From NCBI GenBank assembly GCA_965116925.1, contig OZ220744.1:2240001-2304000 (forward strand): a stretch of DNA of 64,000 bases, given 5' to 3'. The position numbers and the translations under genes were made by a program. The DNA comes from Candidatus Poribacteria bacterium (GTDB lineage: Bacteria; Poribacteria; WGA-4E; PCPOR2b). A model generated the notes under the pieces. That model saw nothing but the letters and a program-made list of their open reading frames with translations, had not been told where the DNA came from and searched no databases. The stretch's first letter is position 1. Each line of letters opens with the position of its first letter. Shown here in pieces: positions 30,367-40,607 of this stretch.

Positions 30367-31485
30367 CTATTCTTTCCCCGCTTCATTTTGCACCTGTTGT
30401 GCTGCCTCTAAGAGCGCGCTTGCAAGAAATTGTGGATTGACTTCAGTCTTTCCGCGAAACGTTCTGACCTTCTCGCCGCGAATTTTCAGCACAGCGAGCT
30501 CTTTGCCCCCCAAGTGGATTCCGACCTCAGCGTTTCGGGTTTCACCCGGTCCGTTCACCTCGCAGCCCATGACAGCGACAGGAATCTTGATATTGTGTTT
30601 TTCCAGCAGTTCTTCGGCGACGGCGACGATGCCTTCGTAATCTGCCTCTGCATCGCCACGTCCGCAGAACGGGCAGGAGACGACATCGAGGAGGTTATCC
30701 GCTAAGCCGAGTGTGCGGAGCAGCTCCTTCGCCGTCAGCACCTCTTCTGCCGGATCGCCGGTGATTGAGATGCGGATGGTATCTCCGATGCCTTCCATCA
30801 ACAGCGTGCCGATTCCAATTGTGGATTTGACGTGCGCTCGACGCGGCGTTCCTGCTTCCGTTACACCGAGATGGAGTGGATAGCGGACTTTGGCGGAGAG
30901 GAGCCGATTCGCCTCAATCATCCGTAAAGGGTCACTGGACTTGACGGAGATGATAATATCTGTAAAGTCGTGGTCTTCACAGATATGGACGTGGCGCATC
31001 GCGCTTTCAACGAGGGCTTCGGCTGTGGGCGAAGGGTATTTATCCAAAAGGTCTTTTTCGAGGGATCCTTCGTTGACGCCGATGCGAATCGGAATGTGTG
31101 CAGCTTTGGCAGCGGAGAGGACTTGTGCGATCCGTTTTTCAACGCCGATGTTGCCGGGGTTGATTCGGACTTTCGCAACGCCGGCATCGACGGCTGCGAG
31201 CGCGTACCGATAATTGAAATGGATGTCTGCGACAATCGGCACAGGGGAGCGTTTGACCAGTTCAGGCAGCGCTTTCGCATCGCTCTCTTCTGGAACGGCA
31301 ACACGTACAATCTGCGCCCCGGCTTCGACGCACCTTTCGGTTTGGCGCAGTGTGGCGTCAATATCGTGGGTCAGCGTGGTGGTCATCGTTTGGATCGAGA
31401 TTGGGTTGCCGTCCCCGATAGGTATGCTTCCGACCTCCACTTGTCGCGTCGGTTTTCGATTGTTGATTTGTAGTAGATCTTTCAT
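30367..31485 (-). CDS. ispG: (E)-4-hydroxy-3-methylbut-2-enyl-diphosphate synthase
   Basis: VADIHF, RINPGN, RIGVN.GSL, HLGVTEAG, CPFCGR and MGCEVNGPGE motifs. Confidence 0.95.
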   Translation of the reverse strand: MKDLLQINNRKPTRQVEVGSIPIGDGNPISIQTMTTTLTHDIDATLRQTERCVEAGAQIVRVAVPEESDAKALPELVKRSPVPIVADIHFNYRYALAAVDAGVAKVRINPGNIGVEKRIAQVLSAAKAAHIPIRIGVNEGSLEKDLLDKYPSPTAEALVESAMRHVHICEDHDFTDIIISVKSSDPLRMIEANRLLSAKVRYPLHLGVTEAGTPRRAHVKSTIGIGTLLMEGIGDTIRISITGDPAEEVLTAKELLRTLGLADNLLDVVSCPFCGRGDAEADYEGIVAVAEELLEKHNIKIPVAVMGCEVNGPGETRNAEVGIHLGGKELAVLKIRGEKVRTFRGKTEVNPQFLASALLEAAQQVQNEAGKE

Positions 31486-31519
31486 AGATTTCTTTCTTCT
31501 GTCCATCACCTGCGAGAAC

Positions 31520-31795
31520 TTACCCAACAGCTTTTATGCCCCAAGCGATGCGGTCGCCGATTTTCTCTCCCGGCTGTCGTGCGATCACATCCACATTTAT
31601 CGGGAAGTCTGCCACTGCATCGAGATAAACGCCGTAATCCTTCCGCTTGGTTGTCGTAACGACCAGATCGATGTCTCGCGCCAGAGCGGGGGCATAGACG
31701 AAGGATCCGAACAGCACGATGTCGCGAATATCGGCATCTGCAGCGCGTAGGGTTTCGCAGAGGTTGTCAAGTTCTCGCTTGGTGATGTGAGCCAT
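31520..31795 (-). pseudogene. minimal nucleotidyltransferase (MNT), truncated
   Basis: LFGSFV..ARDIDLVV motif. The frame continues past the TAA as VLAGDG; no HEPN partner. Confidence 0.65.
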
Positions 31796-31900
31796 TTCGT
31801 ACCTCACTCATCGTGCAACAGAAACCGAGTTTTTGGCAAGTACGGGCGGGGTGACCCCGCCCCTACGGTTTCTATTTGTGTTTCGCGCTTTCTTTTGAGA

Positions 31901-33280
31901 TTAGCCAAAGTTAGCAAGCACGTCTTGGAATGTCTCAAAGATTCGATCTGCCTCGGCGGCTGTCAGGATCAGGGGTGGGGCGAGGAAGATGATATTTTCT
32001 GGCTCGTCCACAGTCTGACCAATCCGTCCGACGATGATGCCTCTCTTCAGGATTTCCGCGCAGATCGCTTTCGTCGTGGCGGTGTCTAGTTGTGTGCCCT
32101 CGGCATCTTTAACTAGTTCGACACCAATCATCAGTCCCTTCCCTCTAACATCTCCGACAATTGGGAGACTTTCTAGCGTCTTCAGATTTTTGAGGAGGTA
32201 GCCTCCGACACGCTCGGCGTTTTCTGCCAGTCGCTCCTCTGTGAGGATCTCCAAGTTTGCCAGACCTGCTGCACATGCAACGGGGTGTCCGCCATAGGTG
32301 CAGACCTGTGCGAACTCTCGGCTTTCCTCCGGCTCACCGAGAAATTCTTCAAAGACGGCGTCGCTTGCCACACATGCCCCCAGCGGGATGTAGCCGCTTG
32401 TCAACCCTTTGGCGAGGGTGATGATGTCTGGTTCGACATCCCAATGCTCGCAGCCGAACAGTCTTCCCGTTCTACCAAAGCCGGTGATTACTTCGTCGGC
32501 AATCAGCAGGAGACCGTATTTATCGCAGATCTCTCTGACTCTTGGAAGATAGGTGTCCGGCGGCACAAGCACCCCGCCGCCACCGATGATAGGCTCGGCG
32601 ATAACAGCGATTACTGTCTCTACCCCTTCCCACTGCACGACCTTCTCGATTTCGTTAGCGCAGGCGATACCGAAATCATCTTCGCTGCATCCTTGACCGT
32701 AACGATAGGTGTAGGGCGGGTGGACATGGTGGAAGCCGGGGACAAGCGGTTCAAACGCTTTGCGACGACGGGTTTGGCCCGTTGCGGACATTGCCCCATA
32801 AGTGAAGCCGTGATACCCGCGATAGCGGCTGATGATCTTGTAGCGATTGTCGCCGGGATACTTCTGCCGACCGTATTGCCTCGCCATTTTTATCGCGGTC
32901 TCATTGGCTTCTGAGCCGCTGTTGCAGAAGTAGACGTGATTCAGATTACCGGGCAGAAGGCTCGTTAGTTTTTCAGCGAGGAGGGTGGCGGGAATGTTAA
33001 TCTGTGCGTGTGGGTAGTATGGTAATTTCTGAATCTGTTCATAGACGGCATCGGCGATCTCCTGCCGTCCATAGCCAACGTTGACATTCCAGAGTGCTGA
33101 GTAGGCGTCTAGGTATTCGTTTCCGTCTGCGTCGATGATTGTTGTTCCGTTGGCACTTTCAAAGACGAGGAGATCCGACTGATCCAGAAGTTGATGTTGG
33201 AAGAGCGGATGCCAAGCGTGTGCCTGATCGATTTTGCGGTAATCTTGTGTCGATAAGTCTTTTGGGGCATTTGCCATCAT
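31901..33280 (-). CDS. class III PLP-dependent aminotransferase
   Basis: SGSEANETA, YHG, IADEVITGFGRTG and AKGLTSGY motifs. Confidence 0.93.
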   Translation of the reverse strand: MMANAPKDLSTQDYRKIDQAHAWHPLFQHQLLDQSDLLVFESANGTTIIDADGNEYLDAYSALWNVNVGYGRQEIADAVYEQIQKLPYYPHAQINIPATLLAEKLTSLLPGNLNHVYFCNSGSEANETAIKMARQYGRQKYPGDNRYKIISRYRGYHGFTYGAMSATGQTRRRKAFEPLVPGFHHVHPPYTYRYGQGCSEDDFGIACANEIEKVVQWEGVETVIAVIAEPIIGGGGVLVPPDTYLPRVREICDKYGLLLIADEVITGFGRTGRLFGCEHWDVEPDIITLAKGLTSGYIPLGACVASDAVFEEFLGEPEESREFAQVCTYGGHPVACAAGLANLEILTEERLAENAERVGGYLLKNLKTLESLPIVGDVRGKGLMIGVELVKDAEGTQLDTATTKAICAEILKRGIIVGRIGQTVDEPENIIFLAPPLILTAAEADRIFETFQDVLANFG

Positions 33281-33304
33281 TGTTTGATATTCTCCAGATA
33301 TTAT

Positions 33305-33403
33305 GGTTACGGCACACGGAGTGTGCCTACTACTTTATGGGGTTACGGCATACGGAGTATGCCTACTACTATGGGGTTACGGCACACGGAGTGTGCCTAC
33401 TAC
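33305..33403. repeat. three tandem 29-bp REP-like palindromes
   Basis: GGTTACGGCAYACGGAGTRTGCCTACTAC x3 with 5-7 nt linkers. Single copies near 12337, 26952 (reverse) and 58371. Confidence 0.85.
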
Positions 33404-33404
33404 C

Positions 33405-34184
33405 TTAAATTAAGGCGAGGGCTTTTGTCATGCCTGCGGTCCAGCCGCCGTCTACGGTGTAAGCGGCTCCGGTGACGAACCGGGATGCATCACTGGCTAG
33501 GAACAGTGCTACCTCTGCTACATCGTCGGGTTGACCGATGCGTCCCATTGGAGCGATGGTGCCTGCGAACTCCCGACCTTCGGGGTTTTCCTCTAAAAAG
33601 GGTTGGGACATCGCCGTTTCGATCCAGCCGGGACAGATGCAGTTGACACGTATTCCTTCGGGACCGTGATCGATTGCCATAGCTCGCGTGAGCTGCAGGA
33701 CAGCGCCTTTGGTGGCGCAATAGCCTGCGATGTCGGACTCGGCATAGAAACTGTTTACCGATGCTGTGATGATAAACGAACCGCCGCCGCTTTGACGCAT
33801 GGCGGGGATACCGTATTTTCCACAGAGAAACGCTCCTTTAACGTTGGCGTCGAAGAGTGCGTCCCAGTCATCTTCGGGCAGATCTACTACTGAACCGTCC
33901 CGCATGATGGCGGCGTTACTGAAGATGATGTCGAGTTGACCAAAATGTGAGACTGTTTCCGAGACAAGTCGCTCTACTTGGTCGCCTTGACTGACATCAA
34001 CAGTATGTGCGATGACTGTGTCGGGATAATCCGCGCTTGCAATATGGGCTGTTTCCTCGGCACCTTCACCTTGAATGTCGGCAGCAACAACCTGCGCGCC
34101 TTCTTGAGCGTATCGAAGAACTGTGGCGCGACCGATGCCGCCTGCTGCTCCCGTAATAATCGCTGTTTTGCCTTTAAGTTGCAT
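33405..34184 (-). CDS. SDR family oxidoreductase
   Basis: TGAAGGIG and YCATK motifs. Confidence 0.92.
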   Translation of the reverse strand: MQLKGKTAIITGAAGGIGRATVLRYAQEGAQVVAADIQGEGAEETAHIASADYPDTVIAHTVDVSQGDQVERLVSETVSHFGQLDIIFSNAAIMRDGSVVDLPEDDWDALFDANVKGAFLCGKYGIPAMRQSGGGSFIITASVNSFYAESDIAGYCATKGAVLQLTRAMAIDHGPEGIRVNCICPGWIETAMSQPFLEENPEGREFAGTIAPMGRIGQPDDVAEVALFLASDASRFVTGAAYTVDGGWTAGMTKALALI

Positions 34185-34185
34185 C

Positions 34186-34370
34186 TCTTAACCTTTGGTG
34201 CTAGTTTAGTGAGAAAGTTTTTTCCGCATTGTTCAAGAGTTCATTGGTTCATTAGTCGGTTGGTTGATTCATGCTTCTTACGTTCCCCCTTCGGATACAC
34301 ATGTCGCCCCGCTGGGGCTAAATGACCTGCTAAACCCATGATTTTCACGTTTCACGCATCACGTTTCACG
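34186..34370. repeat. composite dispersed repeat
   Basis: TCTTAACCTTTGGTGCTAGTTTAG... matches 50824-51092, which carries two extra inserts. Confidence 0.75.
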
Positions 34371-34380
34371 TTATCTAGCC

Positions 34381-35412
34381 TTATACCGAGTAGGTTTGCC
34401 ATGTGCCCAGACAACCGTGTCCTCGACGGACATGCAACACCTGCTTTGCTGGTTCGGCGATGTAGCCGGAGATTGAGTGCATATTCTTTTCCCCGTGCCG
34501 ACAGATACCGCCCGGATCGCCATCGTGGTCTGCAAGGATACGCTTGAGGGTTTCGACGGTAATCTTCCCCCAATTTTCCTTAATTAGCAGGCGGATGCGA
34601 TCAAGTCGGGGGCAAGAATCGGGCAGGGAGTGAGTTTCGTAATTTCCAAACGGAGCAGTCAGGTAGTGGTTAGTATGCAGGCGGCAGTCTGAATGCTCAT
34701 CATCGAAGGGGGCAATCCCTTCGGGGCGGATCTCCACATCACCGATTCTGCCTTCGCCATCGCAGATGACCGCATTTGCCGCTGAGCAGGTGCGGTGCTT
34801 CTTCAAGAGTTTAAGGCAGCCTTCAAGGTTTGGCTGTTCTAGCATGACGCGCTTGAGGGGGTAGTGGGGAAGCCCCAAACTCCACTGGAAATCGTAGAGT
34901 GCGTTGGCGAAGTGGGCTAGACCGTACTGATTCATTCCCGAATAGCCGAGCTGTCCGGCAAAGGTAAATATCAAGGCTCTGGGACGGCCGTCGGTCGGTT
35001 TGACGTGGAGCAGGATTGCCACATCTGCGTATTCCGTCTCAAGATCTTGGTTTTGGCCTGCCAAGGGTAGACCGTCGGCGGTGGCGGAACCGGTGAGCGC
35101 GAATGCTGTACATCCCCCTTCGTATACACGGGCGGCTTCGGCGCGTGCCTGACACAGCACTGCCTCTTCAAAACTGACCCCCGCGCCGTCGGTGAGTCCT
35201 CGAACCTCCTCCACGAAGGCGGGACTGAGTTTCTCCATCATGGGCAGGAACGCCATCGCGTTCTGACACAAGACCCCCCTCGGTTTACCTGTCAATCTCT
35301 CGATCCATAACAGGTATTTTTGGACGAGCTCGGCGGCTTGGGCACCGTGCTGATAGCCCATCTGATAGGCATCGCCGGATACTTCGATTAAGGGGAATGT
35401 ATGTTCCGTCAT
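34381..35412 (-). CDS. C45 family Ntn-hydrolase (acyl-CoA:6-APA acyltransferase-like)
   Basis: GYQHG, GGCT nucleophile, GQNQD, GMNQYGL and HTNH motifs. Confidence 0.88.
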   Translation of the reverse strand: MTEHTFPLIEVSGDAYQMGYQHGAQAAELVQKYLLWIERLTGKPRGVLCQNAMAFLPMMEKLSPAFVEEVRGLTDGAGVSFEEAVLCQARAEAARVYEGGCTAFALTGSATADGLPLAGQNQDLETEYADVAILLHVKPTDGRPRALIFTFAGQLGYSGMNQYGLAHFANALYDFQWSLGLPHYPLKRVMLEQPNLEGCLKLLKKHRTCSAANAVICDGEGRIGDVEIRPEGIAPFDDEHSDCRLHTNHYLTAPFGNYETHSLPDSCPRLDRIRLLIKENWGKITVETLKRILADHDGDPGGICRHGEKNMHSISGYIAEPAKQVLHVRRGHGCLGTWQTYSV

Positions 35413-35643
35413 ATCCTCTCCTTTGAAAATGGGCGGATTGGCGAATGGTGGAATCTGTCAAAAGGATAACCGATTTTGGGGTTGAGGGCAAGGAATTTTC
35501 TATCGACTCAGTATATTGACGCAAGGTTTTTGGATGTTCGGGTCAGCTGTGTATACACATTGCGCTCCTCTGGAGCGCGAGTCCTGAACAAATCAGCGTT
35601 CTATAGACATATCGCTCCTCTGGAGCTAAAGACTTAACCTATA

Positions 35644-35777
35644 GGCTCATATAAAAAGAAAGTGCAAAGCACGAAAATAAATTGTAGGGGCGGGGTCTCC
35701 CCGCCCTTATTTGCTAGTGCGGGTCGGGAGACCCGACCCCTACGAAGCTTTTGTTGCAGACTTTCTTAACATGAGCC
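35644..35777. mobile_element. MITE-like element (GGCTCAT termini)
   Basis: GGCTCATATAAAAAGAAAGTGCAA...TTGCAGACTTTCTTAACATGAGCC with internal REP-like hairpins. Confidence 0.6.
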
Positions 35778-35836
35778 AACCTATAAACCTGATAGCAGCA
35801 AACCGACACATTTTGGACAACCAGCAACTTGGGTTA

Positions 35837-36634
35837 TTAGTACGGCAGCATACCGCCAGACACATTGAGGGCTTGTGCGGTGATGTAGTTTGAGTCCTCT
35901 GAAGCTAGGAAAGCGATTAGGTTGGCGACATCTTCCGGTTGCTGGATCCGTCCAACGGGGATGCGGGCTGCGGCTCGCGCTTTCACCGAACCGACCGGCG
36001 CACCTTCCAATTGCGCGACTTCACGATCAATGAGCTCCCACATCGATGTGTCTACAATACCGGGGCACACACAGTTGACCAGAATCCCGTGCTCTGATAA
36101 CTCCAAGCCGAACTGTTTGGTGAGTGCAACAACGGCGTGCTTGCTCGCGGCATAGACACCGAGCGGTGTGCCTTTGCCGGGTGCGACTTTGCCTGCGCCG
36201 GAGGCGTTGTTGATAATACGACCTCCGTTACCTTGAGCGATCATTTGCGCTGCAGCTGCTTGCGAACAGAGTAACACCCCTTTTGCGTTTACGTTCATCA
36301 GCGCGTCCCACGCAGCCTCGTCGGTGTCCATCAGCGATGCGATAATTGCGATACCCGCGTTGTTGACCAGAATATCTAACCTGCCAAATCGTTCAACGGT
36401 TTCGGACACCATCCGTTCGGTATCGGTTTTGTTTGTCACGTCTACTGTGAAGGGATGGGCGGTTCCGGCGACTGACTCAATTTCTTGGGCAACCGCTTTC
36501 GCGTTTGCTTCGTTGATGTCCGCAACGGTGACACTCGCACCTTCGCGAACCAACCGTAGGGCGGTCGCTCTGCCGATGCCGCGTCCGGCACCCGTTACGA
36601 TTGCGACCTGTCCATCGAGTTCGTACCTTGGCAC
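35837..36634 (-). CDS. SDR family oxidoreductase (acetoin/polyol dehydrogenase-like)
   Basis: TGAGRGIG, NNAG, YAASK and CPGIVDTSMW motifs. Confidence 0.9.
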   Translation of the reverse strand: MPRYELDGQVAIVTGAGRGIGRATALRLVREGASVTVADINEANAKAVAQEIESVAGTAHPFTVDVTNKTDTERMVSETVERFGRLDILVNNAGIAIIASLMDTDEAAWDALMNVNAKGVLLCSQAAAAQMIAQGNGGRIINNASGAGKVAPGKGTPLGVYAASKHAVVALTKQFGLELSEHGILVNCVCPGIVDTSMWELIDREVAQLEGAPVGSVKARAAARIPVGRIQQPEDVANLIAFLASEDSNYITAQALNVSGGMLPY

Positions 36635-36733
36635 GGTTTTCCTCCTTGTTGGGTGGTTGATTTTGTCGTGTCTGACTTAGATGTAGTGCAAGTTGCTAGT
36701 TGTGATCGCTCTGCCTGTTTGAATCAGCATTCT

Positions 36734-37185
36734 CTATTAGGACTTACGCACTTCAGTTCTAAGAGCAGATAGGGACGCAGATTTCGCTGATTCTCGCTGA
36801 TAAAAACAAAAAAGGTAGGACTTACGCAGTTGAACGGTAAAATCCAACCCCTTCCGCTACGTGGAACCTACACCTCCGTTTCAATGATTCACCGGCACGA
36901 TTCGGCAATTTGGCAGGGCACTGGCAGGTCCAAAAAAAAATTCAACCTCACATCGGGGGTTCATCATTGGTGCGTGCCTCTCTGAACCCTTATGGGGCCT
37001 AGCTTCAGAGCGTTTGCCAATTTTTACCACGTAAGAGGAGAGGCACCCAAACGGCTTTTTGACCTGCCAAATACGCACTGTTTATGAACCGTTTTTCGCT
37101 GAAATGACACCATAACCAAGCCAAATGTCAGGAATTTGGCAGGTCCCTGACAGGTCAAAACTCTGAAGTGCGTAAATCCTAATAG
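36734..37185. mobile_element. ~450-bp non-autonomous element with AGGACTTACGCA-family TIRs and a nested second end
   Basis: CTATTAGGACTTACGCACTTCAG / CTGAAGTGCGTAAATCCTAATAG (22/23 match). Internal TAGGACTTACGCA near 36816. Confidence 0.7.
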
Positions 37186-37488
37186 TTATATTCGGTGTAT
37201 TTGAATAGGTTCATCACCCTTATTATAACTTATTTTTCCACCATAACGTAAGCTATCATAGATTTTTTTTAGAGGTTGTGTGAAAAATGATCCGTTGCTA
37301 CTGGATTTGTGCCAACTATAGAAGGGACGGTCATGTAACAGGGATGGAGGTTGGCTTGACGATGTTTTTTGTGTGCGAATATTTTCTACACAACGAAACA
37401 ATTGTGTGGTAAAATCTATAGCGATCCTGATTTTGGATTTCCTCCGATGAATCGGAAACTATCGAGCATTGAGACTAACGGTAGAATT

Positions 37489-37701
37489 TGTGCTATTTGT
37501 CTGAATCGCGGATTAAAACGGATTTAACAGATTATGCGGATTATTGTCTGAATCAGGATTCGCAGGATTTAAGGATTTTCAGGATAGCGTGCCTGATACG
37601 TGCAAATGGGAAAAGATTTGTTGGTTCATTTAGCCCTAGCGGGGCGACATGTGCTATTTGTCTGAATCGCGGATTAAAACGGATTTAGCGGATTACGCGG
37701 A
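37489..37701. repeat. ~50-bp direct repeat built of GGATT-containing units
   Basis: TGTGCTATTTGTCTGAATCGCGGATTAAAACGGATTTA at ~37489 and ~37650. Confidence 0.7.
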
Positions 37702-37783
37702 TAAATGTAGGTTAGGTTGAGCAGTTAAGGACGTATTGAAAGTTATTTATGAGCACCCCTCAATTAGTCGAAAGGTGGTACTC

Positions 37784-38260
37784 ATGAGACTCTTAGATAT
37801 CCTTGAAAAATCGGGGATGACGAGCCTGAAGATTCCGCCCTCTTTTCTGCAAATGGAGTGGAATCCAAAAACAGCCGATAAAGATGCCGCTTGGGCACTG
37901 TATATCGAGTTGCTTACAAGAATCACCACACAGCCATTGCCTACCGAGCACGGCGATGAGAAAACAGCATTGGACAGTGTCTATTCGCTTTTTGCGGTTA
38001 CGCGGGAAGTCATCAAAGAACAAGGACCGGATTGCATCAACTTCACAAGAATTGCAATTGTTGTTCTTAACCAAGTGATTCGTCCGTTTACTGCAAAGTG
38101 GCATCGAAAGAGCTTGGCAGGTGATTTTGAACAGGAATCGGAATGTGCCGCTTTCCGCGAAGAACTTGCTGCTCTCCAAGTGGAATTACGCAAATATTCT
38201 CGAATGCTAGCAGATATCGCCGAAGTCGAAGATTTAACTGACTTAGAGGCGACAGAGTAG
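37784..38260 (+). CDS. hypothetical alpha-helical protein at the head of the defence island
   Basis: AWALYIELLTRITTQPL..LNQVIRPFTAKWH; start inferred at MRLLDIL. Confidence 0.7.
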   Translation: MRLLDILEKSGMTSLKIPPSFLQMEWNPKTADKDAAWALYIELLTRITTQPLPTEHGDEKTALDSVYSLFAVTREVIKEQGPDCINFTRIAIVVLNQVIRPFTAKWHRKSLAGDFEQESECAAFREELAALQVELRKYSRMLADIAEVEDLTDLEATE

Positions 38261-38280
38261 TGGGCACAAAGTATGCAGTA

Positions 38281-38419
38281 CAGGACTTATGCAAATTTAG
38301 CACACGAAGGGTAGATTTTTGGATTCTTAACCCCCTAAATCCCCTAACCCCCTAAATCCCCCTTGTCAGGGGGACTTGGGAAAATCAGGGGGACTTATGA
38401 ACGCGCTGCGTAAGTCCTA
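38281..38419. mobile_element. MITE (AGGACTTACGCA termini)
   Basis: CAGGACTTATGCA...TGCGTAAGTCCTA with a duplicated internal CCCCTAAATCCCC module. Confidence 0.7.
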
Positions 38420-38483
38420 CAGTAACGGTTTGCTGTGACAACAACAGGGAAACACATCTTACAAAAGAAAATAGGGGGATACC

Positions 38484-39302
38484 GTGGGACAAAAAATGCG
38501 CCATATCCTCGGGCTTTCCGGTGGCAAAGATAGTTCAGCACTCGCTATTTACATGCGGGACAAGGTGCCGGAGATGGAATACGCTTTCTGCGATACGGGA
38601 AAGGAGTTGCCGGAGACGTATGAATTTCTCGATCGGTTGGAAGCCTTTTTGGGGAAAAAAATTAATCGGTTAAACGCCGAACGGGAATTTGACCACTGGC
38701 TTTCGGTTTTCGGTGGATTGCTGCCATCATCGCAAGTGCGCTGGTGTACACGGCTGCTGAAAATCAAACCTTTTGAGGAGTTTGTCGGTGAGGATAAGGC
38801 TTACAACTACATCGCCATCCGCGCTGATGAGGATCGCGTTGGCTATAAGCCCCTGAAGAATGTTGACGCACGAAATATCGAACCCAAGTATCCGTTCAAA
38901 GAGGACGGCATCACCGAAAGGGATGTCTACCGAATTTTGGAGGAGAGTGGTCTCGGCTTACCGGAGTATTACCAGTGGCGAACGCGCTCCGGGTGCTACT
39001 TCTGTTTCTACCAGCGCAAAGCGGAGTGGATTGGGTTGAAGAAGAACCATCCCGACCTCTTTGAACTCGCGAAGGATTACGAGAAAATCAATAAAGATAC
39101 AGGCGAGCGGTATACTTGGAGTCAAAGCGAAAGTTTAGAGGAACTTTCCGACCCTGAACGGGTGAAACAGATTGAGGAAAATTATGCGAAGGCGATGGCA
39201 CGGGAAAAGGACGCCCAACCGAATCGTCCGTTGCTTGAAATTTTCGGCGATGTTCTTGATGATGAGGACGATGAGGAGCCGTGTTTGATTTGTAGTGCGT
39301 AG
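38484..39302 (+). CDS. sspD: PAPS-reductase-family protein, SspD-like (DNA phosphorothioation)
   Basis: SGGKDS PP-loop, RWCT, RSGCYFCFYQ and C-terminal CxxC. Linked to a DUF4007 stub and an SspC-like ATPase. Confidence 0.75.
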   Translation: MGQKMRHILGLSGGKDSSALAIYMRDKVPEMEYAFCDTGKELPETYEFLDRLEAFLGKKINRLNAEREFDHWLSVFGGLLPSSQVRWCTRLLKIKPFEEFVGEDKAYNYIAIRADEDRVGYKPLKNVDARNIEPKYPFKEDGITERDVYRILEESGLGLPEYYQWRTRSGCYFCFYQRKAEWIGLKKNHPDLFELAKDYEKINKDTGERYTWSQSESLEELSDPERVKQIEENYAKAMAREKDAQPNRPLLEIFGDVLDDEDDEEPCLICSA

Positions 39303-39339
39303 CTTGCTGCACATTCTCGCAAACAGCAAAAAGTGAACA

Positions 39340-40254
39340 ATGAAAAGAAAAAAAATTATCAAGAGATTTCAAAAGATAAGGCAATCGACACGAGCAAATA
39401 CAAGAGCACCTCATAAACCCTTGCTGCTTTTGTATGCAATTGGTAGATTGCTAAAAGATAAAGATCATCTCTTTTCATACTCCGAGATAGACAAGCATCT
39501 TGGAAAATTACTGGAGGAGTTTGGTCCTAGCCAAACTAAATCTAGAACACATTATCCATTTTGGAGGTTGAAAAATGACAAGATTTGGGAGATACCCGAT
39601 CCCAATAAAAAATATGTCAGGCGAACCTCCAAGAAAGATCCTTTTAAAAGCGATCTCTGTAAATACAACATTACTGGAGGTTTTCCCAAAGCTATTGCCA
39701 ATCAATTTCTGGATGATTCTAAACTTGTATCTGAAATAATTCAGATTCTACTATACAATAATTTTCCTTATTCGATTCACGAAGACATTCTACAGGCTGT
39801 TGAAATTGAGTCACCACTCCAAATTTATCAGTGGCAAATCCCAGACTCCAAACAGCGAAAGCGAGATTCCAAATTCAGAGAAAATATTCTGAAAATTTAC
39901 GAATTCAAATGTGCTGTATGCGGTTTTGACGCGAAATTAGATGCCAAACCTATTGCGCTAGAAGCTGCCCATATCAAATGGCATATGCATGATGGTCCCG
40001 ATGTAGTAGACAATGGATTGGCTCTATGCTCACTACATCATAAGCTGTTTGACCGTGGGGCGTTTACACTGTCTACGAAACGAGAAGTCTTTATATCAAA
40101 GGAGGTGCTTGGGACCATGGGCTTTGAGGAATGGCTTATCAAATTTCACCTTAAACAAATCAACCTCCCTGAGATGATATGCGATTATCCTGCACAAGAG
40201 TATATTGACTGGCACGCTAGAGTGATATTTAGAGGTAATTACAGTAATAGCTAG
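39340..40254 (+). CDS. SBD-HNH phosphorothioate-dependent restriction endonuclease-like protein
   Basis: RAPHKPLLLL and YPFWRL (sulfur-binding domain); CAVCG..EAAHIKWH..NGLALCSLHHKLFD (HNH). Confidence 0.8.
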   Translation: MKRKKIIKRFQKIRQSTRANTRAPHKPLLLLYAIGRLLKDKDHLFSYSEIDKHLGKLLEEFGPSQTKSRTHYPFWRLKNDKIWEIPDPNKKYVRRTSKKDPFKSDLCKYNITGGFPKAIANQFLDDSKLVSEIIQILLYNNFPYSIHEDILQAVEIESPLQIYQWQIPDSKQRKRDSKFRENILKIYEFKCAVCGFDAKLDAKPIALEAAHIKWHMHDGPDVVDNGLALCSLHHKLFDRGAFTLSTKREVFISKEVLGTMGFEEWLIKFHLKQINLPEMICDYPAQEYIDWHARVIFRGNYSNS

Positions 40255-40396
40255 CGCGGGTTGGATAGCTCTTGAAAATATCTCAGAACCCAACGTAGCA
40301 TTAACGTTTAGAGAATATACCCTTTTTCAGCAAATTAAGACAATGTAAAACGGGTGAGAAGTATCTTCTTTGCATGTTGATAGGGTTTTTAACTGA

Positions 40397-40570
40397 GTGA
40401 CTCTCAAGAAACTCAGAAAGAATTATTGTGGAATTATTAAGGACATTCGGCTACGAATTCGTAAAGAGAGCAAGGAAACTCAACCGGATCGTTCGTTAAT
40501 CGACATTTTCGCCAATATCCTTGATCATAAGAACGATGAGGAAGCGTGTCTGGTTTGTGGTGGTGTATAG
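40397..40570 (+). pseudogene. diverged duplicate of the sspD 3' end
   Basis: ..KETQPDRSLIDIFANILDHKNDEEACLVCGGV* compared with SspD ..KDAQPNRPLLEIFGDVLDDEDDEEPCLICSA*. Confidence 0.75.
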
Positions 40571-40607
40571 CCTATTGCAAATTCTTCCAAATAACAAAGC
40601 GTGAAAA

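Noticed and set aside
31901..33280. Aminotransferase as the PhnX partner (PhnW/PbfA)
   Set aside because: It is a generic class III enzyme 25 kb from phnX with no specific supporting evidence.
33305..33403. Possible CRISPR array (three 29-bp palindromic repeats)
   Set aside because: Linkers are only 5-7 nt, the same unit is dispersed singly elsewhere, and there are no cas genes. It is REP-like.
38484..39302. cysH for sulfate assimilation, or dndC
   Set aside because: There are no cys or dndBDE neighbours, the protein is shorter than typical DndC, and the context fits SspD.
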